Shown in pieces: positions 63,814-64,000 of a DNA stretch of 64,000 bases. The stretch covers positions 288 through 64,287 of the forward strand of contig CANRNV010000001.1 in NCBI GenBank assembly GCA_947632125.1, written 5' to 3'. Below the pieces are notes generated by a model that had not been told where the DNA came from, did not search any database, and saw nothing but the letters and a program-made list of their open reading frames with translations. The position numbers were made by a program, and so were the translations under genes. The DNA comes from an uncultured Clostridia bacterium. GTDB taxonomy: Bacteria; Bacillota; Clostridia; Christensenellales; Pumilibacteraceae. Positions within the stretch are counted from its first letter, which is position 1; each line of letters opens with the position of its first letter.

Positions 63814-63842
63814 GTTGTCAAAGCCGTCTTTTTGTGCTACAA
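63814..63842 (+). promoter_or_regulatory. Promoter of tRNA-Leu
   Basis: TTGTCA (63814-63819), 17-nt spacer, TACAAT (63837-63842), with a TGc extended -10. Confidence 0.65.
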
Positions 63843-63855
63843 TATTGTTGTCAAT

Positions 63856-63942
63856 GCCGGTGTGGTGGAATTGGCAGACGCGCCGGACTCAAAATCCGGT
63901 GGTAGTGATACCGTATCGGTTCGACCCCGATCACCGGCACCA
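63856..63942 (+). tRNA. tRNA-Leu (anticodon CAA), CCA encoded
   Basis: Acceptor stem GCCGGTG/CACCGGC, anticodon arm CCGGA-CTCAAAA-TCCGG, long variable arm, T-loop GGTTCGACCCC, discriminator A plus CCA. Confidence 0.93.
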
Positions 63943-63946
63943 CAAA

Positions 63947-63975
63947 GCCGCTATCCTTTTGGGTGGCGGTTTTTT
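63947..63975 (+). terminator. Terminator after tRNA-Leu
   Basis: GCCGCTATCC-tttt-GGGTGGCGGT (with G-U pairs) followed by T5. Confidence 0.65.
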
Positions 63976-64000
63976 CTATGCATATTTTACCACAATTTCG

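Overview
This is a 64-kb chromosomal window from what looks like a spore-forming Firmicutes/Clostridia-type bacterium. Supporting evidence: pro-sigma-K, a gerA-type germinant-receptor operon, veg, a DUF3794/LysM protein, GGAGG Shine-Dalgarno sites and many TTGACA-17-TATAAT promoters. I can support about 58 protein genes, an RNase P RNA (rnpB) and one tRNA-Leu(CAA). I saw no rRNA, CRISPR array, transposase, integrase or prophage. By my tally of called CDS, roughly four-fifths of coding bases are on the minus strand, in tightly packed, often overlapping gene trains. Most content is housekeeping: dnaA, tilS-hpt-trmN6-like-rsmI, plsY, galE, prs, tadA, rlmH, parE/parC, murG, ispE, coaE and polA. 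Accessory or unusual content, in my order of interest: (1) A two-gene AAA_21-type ATPase plus RloB/Toprim-like module (AbiL/PARIS-like candidate anti-phage system) sits between veg and slt-coaE-polA. (2) A candidate yybP-ykoY-like Mn2+ riboswitch, with mutually exclusive P1 and terminator helices, lies in front of a PII-type cation P-type ATPase. (3) dnaA is the last gene of a six-gene train with no upstream intergenic region, in a strand-bias context that argues against an adjacent oriC. (4) A GlmU-like protein has a shrunken, motif-less uridyltransferase domain. (5) A 21-nt OmpR-type direct-repeat site occurs both upstream of a two-component operon and upstream of the adjacent GT4-plsY genes. 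(6) Several consensus promoters are placed so close to start codons that leaderless mRNAs are implied. The window also holds a mazEF toxin-antitoxin pair, tandem CPBP proteases and a 1210-aa orphan lipoprotein. All calls come from reading the sequence and ORF track by eye. No searches were run, and start codons in particular are inferences.
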